Positions 18,202 to 27,698 of a stretch of DNA of 36,553 nucleotides are shown here, in pieces; positions within the stretch are counted from its first letter, which is position 1, and each line of letters opens with the position of its first letter. The notes beneath the pieces were generated by a model. It did not search any database. It saw only the letters and a list, made by a program, of their open reading frames with translations, and was not told where the DNA came from. The translations under genes were made by a program, and so were the position numbers. This DNA is from a candidate division WOR-3 bacterium. Lineage in GTDB: Bacteria > Hydrothermota > Hydrothermia > B15-G9 > WFZT01. The stretch covers positions 1 through 36,553 of the forward strand of contig JALUEE010000075.1 of the NCBI GenBank assembly GCA_027053075.1, in the 5' to 3' direction.

Positions 18202-18210
18202 ATTCCCATC

Positions 18211-18690
18211 ATGATTGGCATAATCGGAATCGGTAATATTCTACTCAAAGATGACGGTGTCGGCATCGAAACAGTCCGAAGACTTGATAAAAACTATATA
18301 TTCCCTCAAAACGTTCAAATCATCGACGGTGGCACCCTCAGCTTTTCCATCCCACTTCATCAGTTTGAAAAAATCATAGTCATCGATGCCTACAGAGATT
18401 CCACTAAAAAACCCGGAAAAATCGTAGTGCTGAACCGGAAAGAAATAATGAACGGTGGTATCAAGCAAAAAGTGACATCCCACGACATAAATCTATTTGA
18501 ATACCTTTATCTCCTCGACCTCAGAGGAGAGGCACCAGAGGACGTGTTTTTTGTGGGCATCGTACCTCAGGATATAGAGACTTCAGGGATTGGTCTTACT
18601 GAAACAGTCAAGAAGGTTTTGCCCGAGGTGGAAAGGATAATTATTGAAAAGTTAAAATCATGGGGCATTAGTGTAGATGCACGAGCTTAG
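18211..18690 (+). CDS. hybD: hydrogenase maturation endopeptidase (HybD/HyaD family)
   Basis: IIGIGNILLKDDGVG, IDGGT, IVIDA, SHD; ATG 18211 preferred over GTG 18166, which lies inside the hairpin. Confidence 0.9.
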   Translation: MIGIIGIGNILLKDDGVGIETVRRLDKNYIFPQNVQIIDGGTLSFSIPLHQFEKIIVIDAYRDSTKKPGKIVVLNRKEIMNGGIKQKVTSHDINLFEYLYLLDLRGEAPEDVFFVGIVPQDIETSGIGLTETVKKVLPEVERIIIEKLKSWGISVDARA

Positions 18691-19027
18691 TGTAACTCAA
18701 AGCCTCATTGATTTGATTCTTGAAGAGGTAGAGCAGCGTTCTATAAAAAGTGTTAAAAAGGTGGGGATTTCGGTAGGGGTGTTCACAACATTTGAGCCCT
18801 ACGCAATAAATTTTTACTTTGAAACCCTAAAGACAGAGTATCCCCCGCTCGAAGATACCGTACTCGAAATTGAGCTAAAACCTGGAGTATGCAGGTGTCA
18901 GGAGTGCGGAAAAGATTTTGAAGTAAAAGAGACAGTTTCAAACCTCCCTCAATGCCCTCATTGTGGGAGCATTTTTCTTGAGATCAAAGAGGGCAGGGAG
19001 TTTTTAATAAACTATCTGGAGGTATGA
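18677..19027 (+). CDS. hypA: nickel metallochaperone HypA/HybF
   Basis: MHELS, CQECG, CPHCGS, GREF. Confidence 0.93.
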   Translation: MHELSVTQSLIDLILEEVEQRSIKSVKKVGISVGVFTTFEPYAINFYFETLKTEYPPLEDTVLEIELKPGVCRCQECGKDFEVKETVSNLPQCPHCGSIFLEIKEGREFLINYLEV

Positions 19028-19028
19028 C

Positions 19029-19697
19029 ATGCAGATTAAAATTCACAGAAGTGTTCTCGAAAAAAATGAGAATCAGGCAGAAATAAATCGGGAGTTATTT
19101 AAGAAACGTAAAACACTTGCGGTAAATGTGATGGGAAGTCCTGGATGTGGCAAAACCACGTTGATTGAATCTCTGGTTAAAACACTGGGTGAGAAGTACA
19201 GGATAGGTGTCATTGAAGGGGACTACGCGGGAACAGTTGATGCTGAGAAGCTTGCTGCCTATGGAATTCCCGTTGTCCAGCTTGATGTCAGCTCATGCCA
19301 TTTGAATGCAGATTTTGTGGCCACTGGACTGAGGGACATGCCCCTTGATAAGGTTGACATCCTCTTTATTGAAAACGTGGGCAACCTGATATGCCCTGCT
19401 GAGTTTGACATCGGAGACCTCCTGAAGGTGGTCCTTTACTCTGTGCCCGAAGGGGATGACAAACCGCTGAAATACCCGCTTATGTTCTCTCTTGCAGATG
19501 CAGTTGTTGTGACCAAAGCCGACCTTTTGCCGCACTTTCAATTTGATATTTCAAAGGTAAAGGAGTCGATTGCCCGGCTTAACAGCAAATATCAGCTTTT
19601 TGAATTTTCGTCAAAGGATAGCGAGTCAATCAGACCAATTGCAGGATTTATAGAGGAGGAATTCAGAAGGCTTGTGGGGGGCTCTCCTGAATTATGA
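19029..19697 (+). CDS. hypB: nickel-insertion GTPase HypB
   Basis: GSPGCGKTT, VIEGD, CHL, ENVGNLICPAEFD, EGDDKPLKYP, TKAD. Confidence 0.94.
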   Translation: MQIKIHRSVLEKNENQAEINRELFKKRKTLAVNVMGSPGCGKTTLIESLVKTLGEKYRIGVIEGDYAGTVDAEKLAAYGIPVVQLDVSSCHLNADFVATGLRDMPLDKVDILFIENVGNLICPAEFDIGDLLKVVLYSVPEGDDKPLKYPLMFSLADAVVVTKADLLPHFQFDISKVKESIARLNSKYQLFEFSSKDSESIRPIAGFIEEEFRRLVGGSPEL

Positions 19698-21928
19698 GGA
19701 GGAAGTTTATTAAAATCTACGGAATTGTTCAGGGGGTGGGCTTTAGGCCATTTGTTTACAGGATTGCGCGCAAATACGATATAAGGGGATATGTTCGAAA
19801 CAATTCCAATTCTGTGATTGTAGAGGCAGAGGGGGAGCCCGATTACCTTGAAAAATTCCTCAATTCTCTTTTAAATGACGTACCTCCTGCATCAAGAATT
19901 GACAGAATTGAGGTTAAAGACCTGCCCCCTGACGGCTTCAAAGAATTCAAAATCCTTCGCTCTGATAGTGAGAAAGAAAAAGATGTGGTCATACCACCGG
20001 ACATCGCAATTTGCGAAGATTGTAAAAGGGAACTATTTGATCCTTCTGACAAAAGATATCTCTATCCCTTTATAAACTGCACAAATTGCGGCCCGAGGTA
20101 CACCATTATACGAACAATTCCCTATGATCGGCCTGGAACGACCATGTCGGAGTTTCAGATGTGCCCTGAGTGTGAGGAGGAGTATCACAATCCCATGGAC
20201 CGTCGTTTTCACGCTCAGCCGGTAGCATGCGCAAAGTGTGGACCTCATGTGTGGATGGTTGACCAGAATGGAAATGCCCTGAAAGTTGATTTCAAACATG
20301 TAACTGATTTATTAAGAAATGGAGCAATAATCGCAATTAAGGGACTTGGAGGTTTTCACTTTGCATGTGATGCAGCCAATGATGAGGCCGTAAAAAGGCT
20401 AAGAAAAATAAAGAACCGGCCCGCAAAGCCTTTTGCTCTGATGGTACCTGATATTTCAGTTGCAAGAAAAATAGCCCATATCGACGAATCAGAGAAAAAG
20501 CTCCTCAAGTCGTGGCAGGCACCAATTGTATTGCTAAAAATCAAAGAAGATGCCCCGATATCACCTCTTATTTGCAGCGGTCTTGATACTGTGGGAATTA
20601 TGCTACCGTACACACCTCTACATCTCTTGATTTTGAATGAATTTGGTAGGCCACTTGTGATGACCAGTGGAAACGTTTCTGATGCTCCAATCGTTTACAG
20701 GAATGATGAAGTGCTTTCTCAGTTTAAAGGGAAGGTTGACTACTTCATCCTGCACAACAGGAAAATTCATGTAAGAATAGATGACTCGGTGGCACGGGTA
20801 GTGCGGGGAAAAACGCAGCTAATAAGGAGAGCAAGGGGATATGTGCCACTTTACATTGACACCGGTTTGAAAAGACCGGGGACCATTTTAGGGCTTGGAG
20901 GATTGCTCAAGAGCACATTTACTTTTCTAAAGAATGGAAAGGCTTACGTGAGCCAGTATTTTGGTGACCTGGACAACTATGACAATTTTGTCTATTACAG
21001 GAATACGCTGGAGCATTTTGAAAATGTCTTTGGATTCAGGCCGGATAGAGTTGCCTGTGACCTTCATCCGGGATATCCTACCACTGACCTTGCAGATGAA
21101 ATGGGACTGCCTGTTGTTAAAGTCCAGCACCATCTGGCTCATATTTTCAGTGTTATCGGAGAAAAACAACTCTACGGGAAAAGAATCCTCGGATTTTCCT
21201 TTGATGGAACAGGTTTTGGAGAGGACGGGAAAATCTGGGGTGGTGAGATTTTCCTGATAAACGATTCCAATGTCAGTAGAGTAGGGCATTTCTCATACTT
21301 TCCTCTTCCCACAGGTGACTCTGCTATCAAAAATCCCTGGAAGCTTACGGCTACATTTCTCTTAAATCTTACTGGAAAAGTTGAAGATAATCCGTGGTTT
21401 GAAGGGCTTAATGAGGATTTGAGGGGAAAAGTGGTGCAGTTTGTCAGGGTAATTAAAGCGAATGAGATTTACACTTCCAGTGTCGGACGGCTTTTTGATG
21501 CCTTTGCCTCTTTACTCGGAATTCGTCAAAAAGTGGACTTTGAGGCACAGGCAGCAATGGAACTCGAAGCCATGGCCGATGCCGGTGAAGAGGGTTTTTA
21601 TGACGTCAAAATTGATGAGAGAATAATCATAGATTCAATGGATTTCTTTGCGAAGGTTTACGAGGACTATCTGGACGGGACACCGCGAGAGAAGATTTCG
21701 GCAAGGATTCATAATACTTTTGTAAAAATAATTGAGGAAATCACGGAAATGTTCATGGGGGAATTTGATTTTGTGACAGTTTCCGGTGGTGTATTTCAAA
21801 ACAGGAGGCTTCTTGAAGGTGTGATTGATTCAATGGGGGATAAAGTAGTATTCAATCAGGAAGTGCCACCGAATGATGGGGGTATATCATTTGGGCAGGC
21901 TGTTTATGCTGCCCTGAAGGAGGTTTGA
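19694..21928 (+). CDS. hypF: carbamoyltransferase HypF
   Basis: GIVQGVGFRPF acylphosphatase domain, two Zn fingers, KGLGGFH, DLHP, QHH, DGTG, PNDGGIS.GQ. Confidence 0.96.
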   Translation: MRRKFIKIYGIVQGVGFRPFVYRIARKYDIRGYVRNNSNSVIVEAEGEPDYLEKFLNSLLNDVPPASRIDRIEVKDLPPDGFKEFKILRSDSEKEKDVVIPPDIAICEDCKRELFDPSDKRYLYPFINCTNCGPRYTIIRTIPYDRPGTTMSEFQMCPECEEEYHNPMDRRFHAQPVACAKCGPHVWMVDQNGNALKVDFKHVTDLLRNGAIIAIKGLGGFHFACDAANDEAVKRLRKIKNRPAKPFALMVPDISVARKIAHIDESEKKLLKSWQAPIVLLKIKEDAPISPLICSGLDTVGIMLPYTPLHLLILNEFGRPLVMTSGNVSDAPIVYRNDEVLSQFKGKVDYFILHNRKIHVRIDDSVARVVRGKTQLIRRARGYVPLYIDTGLKRPGTILGLGGLLKSTFTFLKNGKAYVSQYFGDLDNYDNFVYYRNTLEHFENVFGFRPDRVACDLHPGYPTTDLADEMGLPVVKVQHHLAHIFSVIGEKQLYGKRILGFSFDGTGFGEDGKIWGGEIFLINDSNVSRVGHFSYFPLPTGDSAIKNPWKLTATFLLNLTGKVEDNPWFEGLNEDLRGKVVQFVRVIKANEIYTSSVGRLFDAFASLLGIRQKVDFEAQAAMELEAMADAGEEGFYDVKIDERIIIDSMDFFAKVYEDYLDGTPREKISARIHNTFVKIIEEITEMFMGEFDFVTVSGGVFQNRRLLEGVIDSMGDKVVFNQEVPPNDGGISFGQAVYAALKEV

Positions 21929-21931
21929 TTT

Positions 21932-22168
21932 ATGTGTCTTGGTGTTCCGATGAAGATTCTTTCAGTAAATCAGGAGTTTGGCACTGCCGAGGCAGAGATT
22001 TCGGGATTCAGGCAGCAGATTAGAATTGACCTGCTTGAGGATGTTCGTGAGGGTGAATACGTGATTGTGCATGCAGGATTTGCGATTCAGAAGATAAGCG
22101 AAGAGGATGCAAAGAGTACGCTGGAACTCTTGAAGGACATATTTTTCGATGATGAAATACCTGAGTGA
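21932..22168 (+). CDS. hypC: hydrogenase chaperone HypC/HybG
   Basis: MCLGVP, YVIVHAGFAI. Confidence 0.94.
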   Translation: MCLGVPMKILSVNQEFGTAEAEISGFRQQIRIDLLEDVREGEYVIVHAGFAIQKISEEDAKSTLELLKDIFFDDEIPE

Positions 22169-23231
22169 ATTCAGAGACAGTAAAGCAGTCAGGAGACTTG
22201 TCGAGGAGATACATGCCATTCCACTGGATAGAAAAGTCAAAATCATGGAGGTCTGTGGCACTCATACCATGTCAATTCGGAAGTTTGGAATTCACAGGCT
22301 TGTGGAGGAGAAAGTGGAGCTCATTTCTGGCCCCGGATGCCCTGTTTGTGTTACACCGGTTTCCTACATTGATCAGGCAATTATGCTTGCTGAAAGAGAC
22401 GATGTGATAATTACAACCTTTGGGGATATGCTCCGGGTTCCGGGAACTGAAGGGTCACTCGAAGATAGAGGTCGTGATGTAAGAGTTGTTTATTCACCCA
22501 TTGAGTCCTTAAAGATTGCAGAGGAGAATCCTCCCAAAAAGGTGGTTTTTCTTGCTGTTGGATTTGAGACAACTGTGCCAACCATAGCAGCGACCATTTC
22601 TGAGGCACATCGAAGGGGAATTGATAATTTTTATATTCTGGAAGGGAACAAAATCATGCCTCCGGCAATGAAAGCCCTTTTAGATGATAGAAACATGCAG
22701 ATTGATGGTTTTTTGCTCCCCGGGCATGTATGTACTGTGTCCGGGTATCTCCAGTACAGGTTCATTGCTGAAGAATACGGGAGAACCGCTGTGGTCTCAG
22801 GCTTTGAGCCGGTGGATATTTTGCTGGCAATCAGGGAAATCCTTCTCATGGTGAATGAGGGGAAGCGTGAGATTAGAAATTTATACCCTCGTGCAGTGAG
22901 ACCTGAGGGGAATAGAAAGGCTATGGAACTGGTCAACAGAATTTTTAAAGAGGCTGATCCGGAATGGAGAGGCCTTGGTAACATCCCCGAAAGCGGGCTG
23001 GTTTTGAGGGAAGAATTTGAGCGTTTTAAGGTTACACAGGTTATTGAGCTTCCGGAAATAGAGTCAAGGGAACATCCCCTATGTCTGTGTGGTGAGGTAT
23101 TGAAGGGAAAGGTAAAGCCCGAGGATTGTAAGCTTTTTGGAAAGGGGTGTACACCGGACCATCCAATAGGTCCGTGTATGGTTTCTTCAGAGGGAACCTG
23201 CGCCGCCCATTACCGCTACAGGTCTCACTAA
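22149..23231 (+). CDS. hypD: hydrogenase maturation protein HypD
   Basis: MEVCGTH, GPGCPVC, GFETT, PGHV, PCMVSSEGTC. Confidence 0.96.
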   Translation: MMKYLSEFRDSKAVRRLVEEIHAIPLDRKVKIMEVCGTHTMSIRKFGIHRLVEEKVELISGPGCPVCVTPVSYIDQAIMLAERDDVIITTFGDMLRVPGTEGSLEDRGRDVRVVYSPIESLKIAEENPPKKVVFLAVGFETTVPTIAATISEAHRRGIDNFYILEGNKIMPPAMKALLDDRNMQIDGFLLPGHVCTVSGYLQYRFIAEEYGRTAVVSGFEPVDILLAIREILLMVNEGKREIRNLYPRAVRPEGNRKAMELVNRIFKEADPEWRGLGNIPESGLVLREEFERFKVTQVIELPEIESREHPLCLCGEVLKGKVKPEDCKLFGKGCTPDHPIGPCMVSSEGTCAAHYRYRSH

Positions 23232-23258
23232 CAAGTTGATGAGCTTTTAAACATTGTA

Positions 23259-23287
23259 TTTACAGGCTTTCCGGAAACAGTTATAAT
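23259..23287 (+). promoter_or_regulatory. sigma70 promoter for the rpmB operon
   Basis: TTTACA-17 bp-TATAAT; SD AGGAGG before ATG 23323. Confidence 0.7.
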
Positions 23288-23322
23288 AACAGACCAACTT
23301 TCAATTCAAGGAGGTTAGTACT

Positions 23323-23508
23323 ATGGCGGCAAGATGCTATATTTGCGGAAAAGGGCCAATTACCGGGCATCATGTGAGTCATGCTCATAACCTGACCAAA
23401 AGAAGATGGAAACCCAACCTTCACAGGGTAACCATTCTTGTTAATGGGAAGAAAAAGAGGGTGAGAGTCTGCACCAAGTGCCTGCGTAAAGTCCAGAAAG
23501 TAGTCTAA
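23323..23508 (+). CDS. rpmB: 50S ribosomal protein L28 (Zn-ribbon, C+ type)
   Basis: RCYICGK...VSHAH..TKRRWKPNL...VCTKCLR. Confidence 0.95.
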   Translation: MAARCYICGKGPITGHHVSHAHNLTKRRWKPNLHRVTILVNGKKKRVRVCTKCLRKVQKVV

Positions 23509-23509
23509 A

Positions 23510-24430
23510 ATGATTGAAATTCGGTCAGCGGAGAATGACCAGGAATTAAATCGAGTCTTTTACGTCCTTGACAGGGCATTTAGACGCACAAAAGCAAATT
23601 ATTTTATTAGAAGAACCACTATTGGTAAGAAAGACTACGATTTCTGGCAAACGCGGGTACTCGTTTACAATGGTGAGATTGTCTCTACCATTGAGATTTT
23701 CCCGACTCTAATGTGGTTTGAGGGGAAGAAAATCAAAAATGCAGGGATCGGTTCAGTCGCTACTGACCCTGATTTTCAGGGGAAGGGATTTGGTATAAAA
23801 ATCGTTGAAGATACAAACAGGTTTGCCAGGGAAAAGGGCTTTCATGTGGCAACCCTTTTTACATCAATATTTGATTTTTACGCAAAGGCTGATTATTTCA
23901 AGGTAACGTACCCTTTTTACGAGGTGGGAAAAATTTATAATGTTCCAGAGGACAGGGAGGTGGTTACATTCAGGCCCTATTTTCTCACTGATATAGTGAA
24001 AATTCATGAGCAATACAATCGTGAGCTTATTGGACCTGTAGTTAAAGATGAAAGGGATTTCATTTTATCCTTCGCTTACTTGAGCGAGGATACTTATCTC
24101 TTTTTGGTCTCATTGAGAGGAGGGGTTCCAACTGGCTTTATCAGGGCAAGGGAATTTAAGAATACCATTGAAGTCCTTGAATTTGCATCACTTGAGCCTG
24201 ATACCGACCTTGCGATCTTTATTGATGAAATACGCAAGAGGGCTTTTTATCAGAGAGTTTTTATAAACTTATCTGATCATGAGAGGGAAAAGATAAAAAG
24301 TGTCGAGCTCAAGCCCCGTGGCCATTATTCCATGATGTTTGCGTTGCTGGATGAGTCTATGGGCTCAAGAGAGGAATTCATCGAAAAATTTAGCAGAAAA
24401 GGAAATTTCTGGCTTGCTGATCTTTATTAA
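23510..24430 (+). CDS. GNAT-family acetyltransferase (Eis-like tandem GNAT)
   Basis: 'AGIGSVATDPDFQGKGFG' acetyl-CoA motif A and 'LFT...DFY'. Confidence 0.82.
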   Translation: MIEIRSAENDQELNRVFYVLDRAFRRTKANYFIRRTTIGKKDYDFWQTRVLVYNGEIVSTIEIFPTLMWFEGKKIKNAGIGSVATDPDFQGKGFGIKIVEDTNRFAREKGFHVATLFTSIFDFYAKADYFKVTYPFYEVGKIYNVPEDREVVTFRPYFLTDIVKIHEQYNRELIGPVVKDERDFILSFAYLSEDTYLFLVSLRGGVPTGFIRAREFKNTIEVLEFASLEPDTDLAIFIDEIRKRAFYQRVFINLSDHEREKIKSVELKPRGHYSMMFALLDESMGSREEFIEKFSRKGNFWLADLY

Positions 24431-24441
24431 AGGAGAGAATT

Positions 24442-24876
24442 ATGGCTGAAGAAAAAGTTGTGAATGCAGTTGCTAAATGGGCAGGAGGAATGACATTTGT
24501 GGCGAAGGCAAATTCCGGGCATGCAGTGATTATGGATGCCAGTGAAGCCGAAGGTGGAGACGATTCTGCTGCGAGACCGATGGAGCTTTTTCTCATTTCG
24601 TATGCGGGATGCACGGCAATGGATGTGATCGCGATTTTGAGAAAATTTGGTGTCGTCCCCGATTCCTTCAGGCTCGAGATTTCCGGAAAGCGCAGGGGAA
24701 GGCATCCGAAGTATTATAAGGAAGTTACGCTTAGATACATTCTTGAAGGGAAGAATATTCCAAGGGAGAAAGTGGAGAGGGCTGTTGAGCTGTCGCAGAC
24801 GAAATTTTGCTCTGCAACTCCCATGTTTAAGGCCCTTGCCGAGGTCAATTACGAAATAATAATCAATGAAGACTGA
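24442..24876 (+). CDS. OsmC/YhfA-family protein
   Basis: SGH..MD, RPMELFL...AGCTAMDV, ELSQTKFCS. Confidence 0.88.
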   Translation: MAEEKVVNAVAKWAGGMTFVAKANSGHAVIMDASEAEGGDDSAARPMELFLISYAGCTAMDVIAILRKFGVVPDSFRLEISGKRRGRHPKYYKEVTLRYILEGKNIPREKVERAVELSQTKFCSATPMFKALAEVNYEIIINED

Positions 24877-24900
24877 GAGAAGGGTTACATTTAAGGAATT

Positions 24901-24956
24901 TCCCTCTCCCATCCTCTCCCGCACACAAAGTGCGCGGGGGAGGAGAAAGGTGGGGG
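24901..24956. repeat. GC-rich imperfect palindromic element (CCCTCTCCC...GGGGGAGG type)
   Basis: TCCTCTCCCGCAC-ACAAA-GTGC(GC)GGGGGAGGA, flanked by CCCTCTCCC and GGTGGGGG. Confidence 0.5.
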
Positions 24957-24969
24957 CCGCATTTTGACC

Positions 24970-24999
24970 TTGACAGGTTAAAAAAATGGAAATTATAAT
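24970..24999 (+). promoter_or_regulatory. sigma70 promoter for tRNA-Leu-acpP-fabF
   Basis: TTGACA (24970-24975)-18 bp-TATAAT (24994-24999). Confidence 0.7.
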
Positions 25000-25012
25000 A
25001 GGTCATCCATTT

Positions 25013-25096
25013 GCCGAGGTGGCGGAATTGGCAGACGCGCTGGGTTCAGGACCCAGTGGAGTAAAATCCGTAGGGGTTCGAGTCCCCTCCTCGGCA
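25013..25096 (+). tRNA. tRNA-Leu (anticodon CAG), CCA not encoded
   Basis: Acceptor stem GCCGAGG/CCTCGGC + discriminator A; D-loop GGAATTGGCAGAC; anticodon arm CTGGG-TTCAGGA-CCCAG; long variable arm; T-arm GGTTCGAGTCC. Confidence 0.95.
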
Positions 25097-25124
25097 CTTT
25101 TATTACAATCCAAGGAGGTTCAAA

Positions 25125-25358
25125 ATGGACGTATTTGAGAAATTGAGGGATATCATAGTGGATCAGCTTTCAGTATCTCCCGATCAGGTAAAGTTAGAGG
25201 CAAAATTCCAGGAAGACCTTGGTGCCGATTCCCTCGACGTGGTAGAGCTTGTCATGAGGATCGAAGAGGAGTTTGACATCGAAATTCCTGACGAAGATGC
25301 TGAAAAGATCCAGACAGTTGGTGATGCTGTAAGATACATCGAAGAAAAATTAAAATGA
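25125..25358 (+). CDS. acpP: acyl carrier protein
   Basis: [18 protein letters not shown]. Confidence 0.97.
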   Translation: MDVFEKLRDIIVDQLSVSPDQVKLEAKFQEDLGADSLDVVELVMRIEEEFDIEIPDEDAEKIQTVGDAVRYIEEKLK

Positions 25359-26596
25359 AAAAACGTGTCGTAATCACCGGTATGGGGGCAGTGACCCCCA
25401 TAGGAAACAACACAAATGATTTCTGGAATGCCCTTTTAAGAGGGGACAACGGCGTCGGAATCATTCAAAGATTTGACGTCTCTGAGTTCAGTGTCAGGAT
25501 TGGTGCCGAAGTAAAAAACTTTGACCCCACCGAAAAAATAGACCGTAAAGAAGCAAGGAGGATGGATAGATTTACCCAGTATGCACTTTTTGCATCCGAC
25601 GAGGCGATTGAAGATTCAGAACTCCTAAAATCCGATTATGACAAGTACAGGGTGGGAATTCTAATTGCCTCAGGGATCGGGGGCATTGAAACCCTTGGGC
25701 GTGAGTTTGAGGTAATGAAGGCCAAGGGAGTCAATAGGGTAAGTCCATTCCTTGTCCCCATGATGATACCCAATATAGCTGGTGGTTGGGTTTCGATAAA
25801 ATACGGTTTTAAGGGGCCGAACTTTTGCGTGGTTTCAGCCTGTGCCTCTGCAAGTCATGCAATAGGTGAATCCTACAGGATGATTCTCCGTGGTGATGCT
25901 GATGTAATGATAACTGGTGGAAGTGAGGCTCCATTTACGCCTCTTGCACTTGCAGGTTTTGCCAATATGAAGGCACTTTCTGCGAGAAACGACGAGCCAG
26001 ATAAAGCTTCACGTCCCTTTGATAAAAATAGAGATGGATTTGTCATGGGCGAGGGCGCTGGCATCATTATCCTTGAAGAATACGAGCACGCGAAGAAAAG
26101 GGGAGCCAGGATTTACGCAGAAATTGTCGGATACGGTGTCTCGGCTGATGCGTACCACATCACCGCTCCAGAGCCCAATGCCGATGGGCCCTCTCTTTCC
26201 ATTAAATATGCACTCGAGGAAGCTGGAGTTAAACCCGAAGAGATCGGATATATCAATGCACATGGCACATCAACACCACTCAACGACAAGGTTGAGACTC
26301 TTGCAATTAAGAAAGTTTTCGGAGACTATGCTTACAAAGTTCCCATTTCATCTACAAAATCAATGATAGGACATCTCCTTGGAGCAGCCGGCGGTGTTGA
26401 AGCAATTGCAACAATTCTCTCCATATATCACGGTAAGATTCACAAAACAAGAAACTATGAGACACCAGACCCCGAATGTGACCTTTATTATGTCCCGGAC
26501 GGTCCAATAGAGAGGGAGATTAGATACGCCATTTCAAACTCATTCGGATTTGGAGGGCACAACGCAACTCTCCTTTTCAAAAAATTTGAAGAATAG
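25355..26596 (+). CDS. fabF: beta-ketoacyl-ACP synthase II
   Basis: [42 protein letters not shown]. Confidence 0.96.
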   Translation: MKKRVVITGMGAVTPIGNNTNDFWNALLRGDNGVGIIQRFDVSEFSVRIGAEVKNFDPTEKIDRKEARRMDRFTQYALFASDEAIEDSELLKSDYDKYRVGILIASGIGGIETLGREFEVMKAKGVNRVSPFLVPMMIPNIAGGWVSIKYGFKGPNFCVVSACASASHAIGESYRMILRGDADVMITGGSEAPFTPLALAGFANMKALSARNDEPDKASRPFDKNRDGFVMGEGAGIIILEEYEHAKKRGARIYAEIVGYGVSADAYHITAPEPNADGPSLSIKYALEEAGVKPEEIGYINAHGTSTPLNDKVETLAIKKVFGDYAYKVPISSTKSMIGHLLGAAGGVEAIATILSIYHGKIHKTRNYETPDPECDLYYVPDGPIEREIRYAISNSFGFGGHNATLLFKKFEE

Positions 26597-26630
26597 CGTT
26601 CCATCACCTTTTATTCTCGGCTGTTTTTCG

Positions 26631-26659
26631 TTGACATAGCTTGTTTTTTGAAATATAAT
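26631..26659 (+). promoter_or_regulatory. consensus sigma70 promoter
   Basis: TTGACA-17 bp-TATAAT; SD AGGAGG before 26688. Confidence 0.8.
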
Positions 26660-26687
26660 GCCGTTACAAATGTAAAGGAGGAAATCA

Positions 26688-27683
26688 ATGAAGTGGATAC
26701 TTGGGATTATTGATACCATTCTTGCTGTAATCCTTGTCTACATACTAATTTCACCCAAAATCCAGGCGAGCAAGGTCGTAAATGCCACTGTTTTATATGA
26801 AGAAGGTCTGGGTAGCCTGCCTCTTTACGTGGCTGAGGATATGGGGTATTTTGACTCTGTCAGGGTAAATGTCAACCTGCAAAAAGTCCTAAATCCCGGT
26901 GAGGAGATCGACAAGCTGCTCAAAGGAACCGCGCAGGTAGCAGTTGGCATGAACTGGATTGACTTCGTTTACAAAAGTGCCCTGAGGCCTCAGGCCATGA
27001 AGGCTCTCTACTCCATGGAGTCGACTATTGAAACCCCATATACGGCACTATTCCTGGTGAAGAAAAGAAGACGCATGTATCTTCCAAAAAAGGTTAATCT
27101 GAGGAGGCTTTTCAAAAGATACAGAAGAATCGGATGCTTGAAGAGGGCAAAGGAAGAAAGGTTGATGAAATATATGCTCAAGCAACTCAAAGTTGATACA
27201 AGAGACCTTGAGTTTACCGAGATTGATCCTGCGAACCTTGATTCGGTAATCGCAAAAAGGAGCGTGGATTTTATCGTTGCCTACGAGCCTTATCGTTCTT
27301 ATCTTTTAAAGAAGCCAGACAAGGTGGTATTAATCAGGGATGCATTCTTTGAAAATAATATATTTTCTCCCTATCCTGATGCCCTTGGAATTACAAGTAT
27401 TGTGAACTTGAAACTGACGAGAAAGGCAGTTGTCAGGGTCAACAGGGCCCTTGATATGGCCATTGATTATATTAGAAAGGACCCTGAAGATGCCATGAAA
27501 ATACTGGATAGGAAGCTTGGGCTTCCGGATGACCTTGTTTTTGAGCTTCCAAAAATCGTAAAGTACGATGAAATAGACTTTGTTATTTACAAAAAGTTCA
27601 TTGAGTATTTGAAGAATGCCGAGATCATTCTTGTACAGATTGATCCCGAGGTTTACAGGCTTACAAGACAGGAAATTCAATAA
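26688..27683 (+). CDS. membrane-anchored ABC substrate-binding protein (NMT1/SsuA-like)
   Basis: N-terminal TM, 'LPLYVAEDMGYF', 'YEPY', 'AIDYIRKDPEDA' typical of the NMT1/SsuA family. Confidence 0.72.
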   Translation: MKWILGIIDTILAVILVYILISPKIQASKVVNATVLYEEGLGSLPLYVAEDMGYFDSVRVNVNLQKVLNPGEEIDKLLKGTAQVAVGMNWIDFVYKSALRPQAMKALYSMESTIETPYTALFLVKKRRRMYLPKKVNLRRLFKRYRRIGCLKRAKEERLMKYMLKQLKVDTRDLEFTEIDPANLDSVIAKRSVDFIVAYEPYRSYLLKKPDKVVLIRDAFFENNIFSPYPDALGITSIVNLKLTRKAVVRVNRALDMAIDYIRKDPEDAMKILDRKLGLPDDLVFELPKIVKYDEIDFVIYKKFIEYLKNAEIILVQIDPEVYRLTRQEIQ

Positions 27684-27698
27684 AAGGAGGTCGGGATC

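Noticed and set aside
18166..18210. N-terminal extension MGGAPKAPLPLIIPI of the maturation protease
   Set aside because: It is the translation of the hairpin; family similarity begins at ATG 18211
24427..24924. 165-aa antisense ORF over osmC and the many other shadow ORFs in the track
   Set aside because: Antisense or out-of-frame overlaps of well-supported genes, without motifs
25013..25124. tRNA-Leu as an integration site for an island or prophage
   Set aside because: No integrase, no duplicated tRNA 3' end noticed, and housekeeping genes on both sides
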